Shown here in pieces: positions 54,907 to 64,000 of a stretch of DNA of 64,000 nucleotides. The DNA lies in IMG/VR virus record IMGVR_UViG_3300033463_000003. One strand, written 5' to 3'. Position numbers and translations under genes: made by a program. This DNA is from a virus (taxonomy: Duplodnaviria > Heunggongvirae > Uroviricota > Caudoviricetes). The notes under the pieces are model-generated. The model did not search any database. It was not told where the DNA came from and was given only the letters and a program-made list of their open reading frames with translations. The number at the start of each line of letters is the position of its first letter. The stretch's first letter is position 1.

Positions 54907-54937
54907 ATTTACTGTATAATATAATAAGGAGATTTAT

Positions 54938-55312
54938 ATGAGAGACGAAAATAGAATTGATATTGTTTTAAGTGAAATAGGAAAAATTTGGCACAAGTTT
55001 CCAGACTTAAGACTTGGCCAACTTATCGGAAATGTCCTTGAAGGACCTAATCTTTATTATGTTGAAGATGATGGACTTGTTAATGCTCTTAGAGATATGT
55101 ATAATGGTGAGCATGAGCCTATTAGTTTTGATGATGATATGTATATCTTAGATTTAATTAAAGAGAACCCTGAAGAATTAGGTTTCGTACTTAGCTCTAA
55201 GAATTATGAAGAATACTTAAAGACTTATGAAACAGTAGGTGGGACAGATAAACCTGCTCTTACTGAGTTTGTATTTGAAGCTCTTAAAAATTATTTTGGC
55301 GGTGAAGAATAA
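54938..55312 (+). CDS. Conserved-looking phage protein (MRDxxRI..WxxxPDLRLGQL)
   Basis: TGTATAAT promoter plus SD AAGGAG. Confidence 0.7.
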   Translation: MRDENRIDIVLSEIGKIWHKFPDLRLGQLIGNVLEGPNLYYVEDDGLVNALRDMYNGEHEPISFDDDMYILDLIKENPEELGFVLSSKNYEEYLKTYETVGGTDKPALTEFVFEALKNYFGGEE

Positions 55313-55313
55313 T

Positions 55314-55565
55314 ATGAAGGTTACAAAAGCTGAATTAGAAGGCGTTTTACTTACTGCTGATATAAATCTAAGAGCAACAAATACTCCTAAACCTTATAAA
55401 CTTCATCTTATTAAAGAGTTTTATGAGTCTGTAAGTAAAGATTATTGGATTGATTATAAGAAAAATCATCCAAATGTTTATATTTATTTCCAAGATGATA
55501 AAGCTATCTATCAGCTAGATAACACAGGTGAACTCATAAAAGAAACAGTTTTCTGGGAGGACTAA
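55314..55565 (+). CDS. Hypothetical protein
   Basis: Operon spacing. Confidence 0.6.
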   Translation: MKVTKAELEGVLLTADINLRATNTPKPYKLHLIKEFYESVSKDYWIDYKKNHPNVYIYFQDDKAIYQLDNTGELIKETVFWED

Positions 55566-55568
55566 TAT

Positions 55569-55949
55569 ATGACAGAACAAGAAATTAGAAAACAAGTTAA
55601 ACAAAGATTTAGAAAAATGCATTTCCAAAACTTTTTGGATGGATTAAAAAATGTAGGTCTATTTCTTTTATTTATGTTAATTGTAGGAGTTATCTGTGCA
55701 CCATTTATAATTCATACCATGGGCATACCTCTACCAGCAAGCTCTGCAAGACTTAATCTAAGTCACGGCTGGATGATTGCGACAGGCATTCTTGCTATTC
55801 CATTCTCTATAATGATGGTTGGTGGATTTATTGGATTTTTTATTGTCGTGCCTATTATGAGTATCAGAGATAAAATAAAAGAGCGTAAAGAAAGCTTTGA
55901 ATATGCAGTTGAGCGAGAAATAGAGTGACAAAAAAGAGAAAATAAATAA
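55569..55949 (+). CDS. Two-TM membrane protein (code 4 end at TAA 55947)
   Basis: Two hydrophobic helices; TGA 55926 read through by six codons to a TAA at the terminator. Confidence 0.65.
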
Positions 55950-55986
55950 GAAGCTTACGGGCTTCTTTTTTTGCTAAATTATTGTG

Positions 55987-57480
55987 ATGAATACATTTGA
56001 TAGGGCTTGACAAAATTTAAATGAAAAATTTGGCGATAATCCAATACCAGAAAAGATTTTTATTTCTTTATGGGAAGTTTTAAATAAACTTAATACTGGC
56101 TGGAAATGGCTGATTGATAGAGATAGTATTCGTAAAAATGGAACTAGTACATTAGATTATACTATTACTTTAGATAAGAAAACTTATGATGCAGATAAGC
56201 ATAGTTGGAAGTGCTATTTTATTTGTACTACAGATGATTTTGATTTTGAGTCCGATTTTTTTACTGATAACCCACAGCCAGTTCAAACTCCGGGGCTAAA
56301 TGCTACTGAAGAATATGAATTTGCTAGAGGAGGGTCGGCCATCTATAAAAAGCTTACAGATTTATTCTACGACAGACCAACCAGCAAAGAAATTACTAGT
56401 AAAACTCGACAATTTCTTGCGACTGACCCATCAATAGACCCGCTTCTTATTGCTTCATCTCATCTGGCGACTTTTCAATTTATGTTTTTAGATGTCCCAA
56501 AAGCTTATAAAGATAAAGATACTGGAGAATATAAAATAGTTCCTGGTACAAAATTAATAATTCGTGCCGATATTGAGTGGATTTATTTTGATAATTTTAG
56601 AACCTCTCATAAACAAAAATTTAATGAATTTACTTGTAGATTAGTTGATAAGCTTAATACTGGCGCCACTGGTCATTTAGTTCTTCAAGACCCAAGTAAC
56701 TACCTTATTGGCTTAAGAACTCGCATGCAAGATGCTTTAAATGGTTCTGGGTTAGCTAATAAGTATAGACCAGAAGATATTTATATTGATAGCCCAATTG
56801 AACTAGATATAGATAAAGTAAGAGATTGGGTGCGAGACCATCTGACTCTCGGGTATAGACCAGCAGCTAAAGATAGAGACTTATTATCATTATTTATTGA
56901 TAAAAGTATTCTTCAAAAAATGTATTATAAAAAAATTCCTGTTATTTATTTAGTATATTGGAAAGCTTATAGTAGAGTTGGTTATCCAGAGACTCAAGCT
57001 TGGGTAAGTTCTTCTCCAACAAGAGTTAAATATGAAATTCCTGAATGCTTAATTATAGGGTATACTAATATTTCAAACTTAGATGACATGTCTCTTGATA
57101 GAGCTCTTGGACTTGTGATGCTCAACCAAGTTACAACTAGTAAAGCTGACGAGGACGAAATACGAGATGAAATTATAAATTCTATAGAAAAAGTAGAGAT
57201 TTATATAATAAAAGATACTAAAGAAGAATTTTCTACTGATATTACAGTTGAATTTGCTTCATTTATAGAAAATTATAGAAATGAGAAAAATAGAGCTGTT
57301 CGTAGGCAGATGTATGAAAAGACGAAAAAGCAATTAGAAGGAGTTGCTTATGAGCTTCAAGTTAGAGATATAACTGGAGAGGGAACTTTTAAAGGAGTTG
57401 GCTTTGACGACCATCTACAGGCACTGCTAAATAATGATGTTAGAGTTATTAAATTTACTATAACTGATAATGATTTATAA
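55987..57480 (+). CDS. Late protein with shared N-terminal leader, 497 aa (code 4)
   Basis: TGCTAAATTAT at 55972; MNTFDRA[W]QNLNE; open into track ORF 56482. Confidence 0.75.
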
Positions 57481-57553
57481 AGTTTAAAAAAGATTATCTA
57501 TATAATAGATAGTCTTTTTCATTTTACTTAAAATAATTGCTAAATTATATGAT

Positions 57554-58138
57554 ATGAAAATTATTGAAACAGAGTTTGATAAAATATATGAAGAGCTTAG
57601 TAATTTAAATGAAGAAGTTTTTTCTGATGAAACTATTAAAAATTACTATCAAAATTGTAATAGGGCATTTAGTGAAAAAGTAATTAAAAACTTTATGTTA
57701 TTTAAACAAAAGATTATAAAAGATTGAAACACTGAGTTTTTTACAAATAAAGCTACTTGAGATATGGCAACTTCAATGTATATAAAATTAGCCACAGAGT
57801 GAAATAAATGATATAATACAGGTAAAATTACTGAATTAGAACTGGCAAAGACCAATATAAAAAGCTTATATGATCAATTAAGTAGCACTACTAATAAATT
57901 ACAAAATAGCTCAGAAATAAATAAGCAATCAAAACAAACATTATTAGAACTTTGTAATATATTATCTAATTTGTATAAAAAATTAAATACTACTAATTAT
58001 ATATTCTATACAAAGCCACAAAACTATTGTAAGATTACAACTGCTCAAGCTTTATTTGAAAATGAGCTTAAAACATTTTTAAAACCATTTATAGATAATT
58101 TAACTATTTTTAATGATATATGTAAGAAAAATAGTTAA
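57554..58138 (+). CDS. Late protein with shared leader, 194 aa (code 4), absent from track
   Basis: TGCTAAATTAT at 57538; MKIIETEFDKIYEELSNLNEE; 4 TGA, no TGG. Confidence 0.75.
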
Positions 58139-58166
58139 ATATATTATTTTGCTATATTATACAGAT

Positions 58167-59228
58167 ATGAAAAATTTAGTAGAGACAGAGTTTGATAGCT
58201 TTTATGATGCAGCTACTAAAGCTAATTCTTTTATTAAACAACAGATAGCTATCCCAGGTAAAGAAGGCAAATTTTTGGCTGTACGAGATTTTATTCCACT
58301 ACAAAAGCTTGATTTTACTGATCCAGTATTTACTAAAAATGGTATTTATATTTATCAAGGAAAAAAAGAAGATGGTACTTATGGTTACTATGTAGGTAAA
58401 GCAAAAAATTTAGGAAGACGCACAATAGAACACTTGCGTAGATATAATAGTTTAAAAGTTCCTGATTCACCAGCTCTTCATGCAGCTTTACGTAAGCATG
58501 GACTAAATAATTTTAGTATAGCAATTCTTGAAACTGATATAGATGATTTAGATGCAGCTGAACAAAATTGAATTAGAGACTTAAATACTTATCTTGATAA
58601 AGAAGATTATAATTTAACAGCTGGTGGTGAAGGTGGCTATACACAAGAACCAAAGTTAACAGAAGAACTATTTAGAGAAATAGTAGAGCGCCTTGTAAAT
58701 ACTGATGAAGCTATGTCAGATATTGCTGCTTCTTATAAACAGATTGAAGACGGTAAAGTAGTATGGTCTCTTGGGGTAACAACTATTAAAAATATATGCT
58801 ACGGTAATAATGATTTACCTGCATACCAACAGGAATTTAAGAAAACATTGTCTAGTGAATATACTTGGCCGCTTAGAACAAGAGAAGAAAGAGTCAATGC
58901 AGGCAAAAAAGCAACAAAAGAAAAATCTCTTAGCAAATTTGTTGGATTTTTACCTGAAGACGAAGATTTAACGACTCCAATAAAAGTTGTTTATGGAACA
59001 AATGATATTGCCAGGTTAGAAGAGCCAGATATATTTAATGCTTTATCTTCAGATAGGCAAGAAAAATATGGCTATAGAAAAATTGGTAAGTTTCTTAATG
59101 GCTATAATACGGGTAAAAGCATAGTTTCTCCAAAAAAATCTTATCAACCAGCAGGTTATAAGTATAGATGAGCTAAATTTGATACTTTAACAGATGAAGT
59201 TAAATCTAAAGTAGAACTACTAAAATAA
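58167..59228 (+). CDS. GIY-YIG endonuclease with shared leader, 353 aa (code 4)
   Basis: GIYIY..YYVGKAKNLGRR..H; AEQN[W]IRDLNT..YNLTAGG; TGA 58569 and 59169. Confidence 0.85.
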
Positions 59229-59259
59229 AAAATATAAAAATATAAGGAGAAAATAAATT

Positions 59260-59466
59260 ATGCCAAAAAATTGAAGAAGAGACCAAATTCAAGAAACATG
59301 AACTGAAGAGCAGTGAAATCAAATGTGTAAAGATGCCGAGTCAGGAAAGTCTACTGGTGAAATTGGTGATTGAAATGAGTTTTATAATACAGTAAAACAT
59401 GCTGATGACCCAGATATTATTGAATGAAATAAAATATATAATGGTGAGATAGTCCCTAATGACTAA
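59260..59466 (+). CDS. 68-aa protein with five TGA-Trp codons, absent from track
   Basis: SD TAAGGAG; frame open to TAA only under code 4. Confidence 0.65.
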
Positions 59467-59487
59467 CTTATTTAAGAGGTGACTAAA

Positions 59488-59577
59488 ATGGGGGAACCAC
59501 TTTCAACCTTACTTGGGGTATTAGTTTTATTTATAGGAATAATAATCTATTGCATTGTTAAAAGAAGTATAAAATAA
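59488..59577 (+). CDS. 29-aa single-TM peptide
   Basis: SD GAGGTG; MGEPLSTLLGVLVLFIGIIIYCIVKRSIK; terminator follows. Confidence 0.55.
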   Translation: MGEPLSTLLGVLVLFIGIIIYCIVKRSIK

Positions 59578-59624
59578 AGGCCTTGAAAAAGGTCTTTTTT
59601 CTTGCTTTTATTGTATAATATATT

Positions 59625-60080
59625 ATGAAGAAAACATGTTTTAATTGTAGTCATTTTCATGGCTGTTTAGCTGAAGAAGACCCTTCTCAATATCATATCC
59701 ATAACTATTGCGATGTTTTTGAAAAGATCTTACCTTTTGATATGGATAGTGAAGTTAATCATTTTTTAGAAAGTTATTGGACAACAATGTGTAAGGCATC
59801 GATTAACTGCGACTATGGAGTTAATGATGATTATGAAACAGGTGAAGCTTTTTGTTGGTTATTTAAAGAGGCAGATAAGCCATTTTGGCCCGACGAGAGG
59901 TTTAAAGAAAATAGAGAACATAATAAGGAATTAGCTATTAAAACTTTAGAATATATGTTTGAAAAAGACGAAGTCTGGGATGAATTTGATGAATATACTT
60001 GGCACAAATTAGATGACTATTTTGATGATGAAGAGTTAGACTATCTAAGAGATTTATTAAAGAGATTAAAAAATGAGTAG
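59625..60080 (+). CDS. Cys-rich hypothetical protein
   Basis: CFNCSHF; ATG a few nt after TGTATAAT (leaderless-like). Confidence 0.65.
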   Translation: MKKTCFNCSHFHGCLAEEDPSQYHIHNYCDVFEKILPFDMDSEVNHFLESYWTTMCKASINCDYGVNDDYETGEAFCWLFKEADKPFWPDERFKENREHNKELAIKTLEYMFEKDEVWDEFDEYTWHKLDDYFDDEELDYLRDLLKRLKNE

Positions 60081-61107
60081 TAAATTAAATTTAGATTTAG
60101 CAAAGTTAAAAGCTGATGATGAATTCTATACTTCTTTTGCAGATATAGTAGCAGAACTTTCTCATTGGACTGATAAATTAAGAGGCAAGAAAATTATTTG
60201 CCCCTGTGATTTTAAGCCAACAGTAAATGTTTCTTCTATTACAATAAAATTTAATCCTAATAGATTTTTTATAAATTCAGTCAAAAGAAAAACTGCAGAA
60301 TATTATAGTTTATTTGAAGACTTTGATAATTCAGCAGGTATTGAAATTTCTGAAAGCCAATTAAGAGAAATTTTAGCTAATCAAGAAGTTGTAAACTTTG
60401 TTAACTACTTGTGGGCCATTGGGAAAGAAGCAGGAATTAAATCTATTACTGCTTCTGGTTATGACATTTCTACTGGTCGAGGAGTTAGTTTTGATGAAGT
60501 AGACTTTAGTAAATATGATATTTGTATTACTAACCCACCATTTTCTCTTTATAGTTCATTTATGGAATGTATTGGTGATATTGATAAAATTATTATTGCC
60601 CCATTTATGAATAGAGTCGCTCCTTGTGTTGCAATTCCTTTGATGGAAAGAAAAGCTTGGTTAGGCTACGGTAGGCATTTAGCAATGAACTTCAATAATC
60701 CAACTGGTGGCAAGGGTAAGAAGGTTGCTATTGACTGGATTGTTTCTTGGCCTGATGCCCAAAATGAAATTGATAAACTGTCCCTTAAAACAGGTATTAA
60801 ATGGGACAAATCATCATATAAAGAAATGCCTTATATGACAATGAAGGACGGAACAAAGCCACTTAAAATAAAATCTGTTGCTGATATCCCAGATAATTAT
60901 GAGGGATATATGTTTACTTCAGTTGCAGTATTAGATAAATTAAGCTATAAAAAGTATGACTGGATTTGTACAGGTTGTAAGAGATACTTTAATAAAGAAC
61001 ATAAAGAGCTAAATCCATTTGCTCATCCAGTATCAAATGAGATGATTGGATATGGAACTGAGGACAGCTGTTTCCACGGAATATTATTTAAAAAGAGACC
61101 TAAATAA
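60073..61107 (+). CDS. Adenine-specific DNA methyltransferase, EcoRI-methylase-like family
   Basis: DDEFYT..DIVAEL..GKKIICPCD and DICITNPPFS. Confidence 0.8.
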   Translation: MSSKLNLDLAKLKADDEFYTSFADIVAELSHWTDKLRGKKIICPCDFKPTVNVSSITIKFNPNRFFINSVKRKTAEYYSLFEDFDNSAGIEISESQLREILANQEVVNFVNYLWAIGKEAGIKSITASGYDISTGRGVSFDEVDFSKYDICITNPPFSLYSSFMECIGDIDKIIIAPFMNRVAPCVAIPLMERKAWLGYGRHLAMNFNNPTGGKGKKVAIDWIVSWPDAQNEIDKLSLKTGIKWDKSSYKEMPYMTMKDGTKPLKIKSVADIPDNYEGYMFTSVAVLDKLSYKKYDWICTGCKRYFNKEHKELNPFAHPVSNEMIGYGTEDSCFHGILFKKRPK

Positions 61108-61251
61108 AGGCCTCTTTTATTTTAATAAAATAGACGAAAATTTTAGCTAAATTTTTTAATGCTAAATTATGTGAGGGGATATATCCTCACCGGGGGCAAT
61201 TAAAGAAAAATAATGTCATAAAAACTGTATAATATAGAAGGAGAAGCAATT

Positions 61252-61506
61252 ATGGAGCGAGACGTCATGTTAGCTGCGGCAAACAGTTCTATCCCAGGGT
61301 TAGAATTAGATGAAGCAGCCCAAAAAGAATTTATTAATGTAATTAGGAGCTCACAGAAGGGACATAGTTTGGATAGTAGACAGACTAATATGCTCTTTTT
61401 CTGGGTAAGACATCAAAATGCGCCAGAGTTTGCTTTTGTTCCTGAAAAATACAGAGCAGTTGCACCAGTGGGGGCTAAAAAGAAAACTGCCAAGAAAGGA
61501 AAATAA
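61252..61506 (+). CDS. Hypothetical protein
   Basis: TGTATAAT promoter plus SD AAGGAG. Confidence 0.65.
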   Translation: MERDVMLAAANSSIPGLELDEAAQKEFINVIRSSQKGHSLDSRQTNMLFFWVRHQNAPEFAFVPEKYRAVAPVGAKKKTAKKGK

Positions 61507-61508
61507 GG

Positions 61509-61751
61509 TTGGCAAGAAATTATGAAGAAGACCTTAGAGTTTCTATTGAGAAGCAAAATGAAATAATTAAAAGACAAGTTTTATTAGAAGTAATTAGACT
61601 TGCAGCTGAAAATGAAACTTATGAGGGATTTAGAAAAGCTTTATATGCTGAAGCTCTTGGCTGGATGAAAGAAGCTGAGGAGCAAGGCTGGGTAAAGCCA
61701 GAAACAACTGAACAAGCTGAATCTAAGTTAGATGATGGTATATTGTTCTAA
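61509..61751 (+). CDS. Hypothetical protein
   Basis: Operon spacing; terminator follows. Confidence 0.6.
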   Translation: MARNYEEDLRVSIEKQNEIIKRQVLLEVIRLAAENETYEGFRKALYAEALGWMKEAEEQGWVKPETTEQAESKLDDGILF

Positions 61752-61823
61752 AGAGTCAGAATAATCTGACTTTTTTTATTACCTAATTTTTTGCTAAATT
61801 ATAGTGATAATGAGGTAAAAATT

Positions 61824-62252
61824 ATGAAGATCAAGAAAGCATTAACATTCACAGAAGCTTGGGATAACCTTAATGGCGATGTTCTTAATGAAGATGTAGA
61901 AACTCGTCATTATAGTGATTTAACTGATGCATTAAGATATGATAAAGACTATGCTAATATTAGAGATAATTCAAGTCTTTCTTTTAAAGATGTTTTATTA
62001 AAATTACGCGATAATTATCTTAAAGCTGAAACTGAAGAAGACCAAGATGCCGCATTAGACCTCTTAACAAAGCGTTTAAAAAGTTTTTTAAATGGTAATC
62101 GTTGAAAAATTCTTCTTAAAAATATTGACAATTATGGTGGTTATACTATGGTATCTGGACAAGATTTTGCTTTAGATCTTTTAATTATGATTTTAGAGCC
62201 AGATGTTAAAATTGAGCTTGCCTCAGTATTAGCTGCTGCTGATGATTTTTAA
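61824..62252 (+). CDS. Late protein with shared leader, 142 aa (code 4)
   Basis: TGCTAAATTAT at 61792; FTEAWDNLN; TGA 62103. Confidence 0.7.
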
Positions 62253-62255
62253 TAT

Positions 62256-63110
62256 ATGAAATTTACTTTAAGCGAAGCCGTTTTAAAAGAAGATGATGCC
62301 GTTTTTGATATAGAAGAAGAGGCATCTTTTGGTAGAGGGCTTAGTGTCAGTAGTTCAGTTACTAAAACTTTAGAAAAAGAAATTGATAACTGAGAGATTA
62401 CTGATAAGACCGACGCTTTTAAGACTTGGATTAAACATATGGAGCAAGAAGTTATTAAAGAAAATTATCAAGTTACCTCTACTGATATTTTTGCTGTAGC
62501 AGATGACTTTATTATAGAAGTTTTAGGCCTTGATTTACGTGGCCCAGAAATGCAATATGGTTTAGTTGGTTATGGCGTAGAAATGATGTTTGACAAGCCA
62601 ATTGATAATACTTCAGGGGTTTTGCCTCCAATACCGTATTGAGATAATAGGGATAAGAAGTTAAAAAAACATATTGTTCATAAAACTATGGAACCAGCAA
62701 TTTTAGTTGCTTGACATAGCCAATATGTTAGACAAATGGGGGCATTCCCAGTAGCACAGCTTTTATTAGACGGTGTTCCAGCTGATACTATTATAGGAGC
62801 CCTTAAACATGTTTGGTTTCTAGAAGAAAAGAGATCAGAGTTAGACCTTACAAAATTTTTAAGAAAAACATATTTAGATTATTTATATGCAAAAAATCAT
62901 AAAGATTTTAATACAGTTAAAAAAATTAAAGAAAAACTAACAAAATTTTTAGATGATGTTAGTTGGGAGCTCATTTGTCGAGATGAGGGCAGTGATATAA
63001 AAAATATCATTAATGGTAAAGGATTCAATGAAAGCTCACCTCTATTTGACTGGTTAGATAAACCAGGGTTTAGAATAGATAGCTTTAAAGTTACGGATTT
63101 GGACCTTTAA
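62256..63110 (+). CDS. Late protein, 284 aa (code 4)
   Basis: MKFTLSEAVLKED; three TGA join track ORFs 62439 and 62736. Confidence 0.7.
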
Positions 63111-63112
63111 TT

Positions 63113-63340
63113 ATGATTAAATATACTTACGAAGACTATGATGAAGCTTATTGTAGCAACCAAGTAGAAAAATGTCAAGAAATTGGCAATATTTTATTAG
63201 AAAAGTTAAATACAAAAGAAGCAAAACAACTTATTAAAAGATTGAATTCAATAAATATAGAAGATAGTAGCGAGCAAGGAAGGAAAGACAGAGCTGAAAT
63301 ATTACTTGATGTAAAAGTTTGGTTAATGATTAATGAATAA
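63113..63340 (+). CDS. Hypothetical protein
   Basis: Operon spacing. Confidence 0.55.
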   Translation: MIKYTYEDYDEAYCSNQVEKCQEIGNILLEKLNTKEAKQLIKRLNSINIEDSSEQGRKDRAEILLDVKVWLMINE

Positions 63341-64000
63341 TTTTGATAGAGCTTATAATAAATTAAATTCACTTCATGAAGACTTTAAAACTCAGCGAGA
63401 GGTTAAAGACTTTTTTGGAATTGCTTTAATTGACCTTGTTGAACAATTAATGAAAGCTTTACCAAATACTTCTTGGGAGTTAGTTTCACCAGTTTATGAC
63501 CCAGAAATTATTAATGACCCTAAGACTGGCGAGCAAACTATTATAGCTTCAGCTGGAATTCAATGTCTTACAACTGATTTTGATATTCAAAAAGATTTTG
63601 ATTTTGATCATCCGATTATGCATCAGGGCTGAGAAGAATATAGGCTTAGAAAAATGAGTCAGACTCTTTTAGATTTAATTAACTATATGTGTGATTTTGA
63701 AAATCATGGAATTAGCTTAGGTAAATATATTCCAGGAAATTCTGAGCTTGTCATTAAGATCTCCAATATAGATTTTCTTAAAGAGCCATATGCATTTAAG
63801 TATCTAAATTCACCAAATAATCCAATAAAAGTATCAAAATTTGCGCAAGAATTACTAGTTAAATTTACCGTTACCTTGGCATATAATGAAGTTAATAAAG
63901 AGGCAGCTACTAAAATAACTCCAAAAGATAATATTGCGACATTCCTTACTAAGATGTCTGTTAAAGTTCAAGCTGAACACAATAGTAAACCAAGTCTTAA
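63333..64000 (+). CDS. Late protein with shared leader (3' truncated, code 4)
   Basis: MNNFDRAYNKLNSLHE; two TGA; open to window end. Confidence 0.7.

Noticed and set aside
30286-61107. Complete restriction-modification systems
   Set aside because: Both MTases lack a recognisable adjacent restriction endonuclease; orphan protective MTases are more likely

Overview
A 64-kb, AT-rich slice of a large tailed phage with a contractile (myovirus-type) tail. The anaerobic NrdD and Firmicutes-style RBS/promoters suggest an anaerobic Bacillota host (inference). Essentially all genes are on the + strand. The supplied code-11 ORF track is fragmented because the phage reads TGA as Trp (code 4): TGA falls on conserved Trp positions and I saw no gene ending in TGA. 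Layout: (1) 1-24.9 kb, tail/baseplate genes and two paralogous fibre-adhesin-chaperone cassettes; (2) 24.9-27.7 kb, repeat-rich non-coding DNA with an origin-like segment; (3) 27.7-37.5 kb, SNF2-type helicase, adenine MTase, an acidic protein and an nrdD-formate channel-nrdG operon; (4) 37.5-52.2 kb, an array of about 20 sigmaA-type promoters driving small acidic TGA-free genes, many promoters built inside terminator hairpins, interleaved with palindrome-rich non-coding islands carrying a spaced (A/G)CTAA(A)TTAGTG motif; (5) 52.4-64 kb, a possible terminus/pac-like segment, small genes, an EcoRI-family MTase, and genes behind a TGCTAAATTAT promoter whose products share an N-terminal leader. 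No tRNA, rRNA, CRISPR array, integrase or reverse transcriptase was recognised. All family calls are by eye and all counts are by hand.
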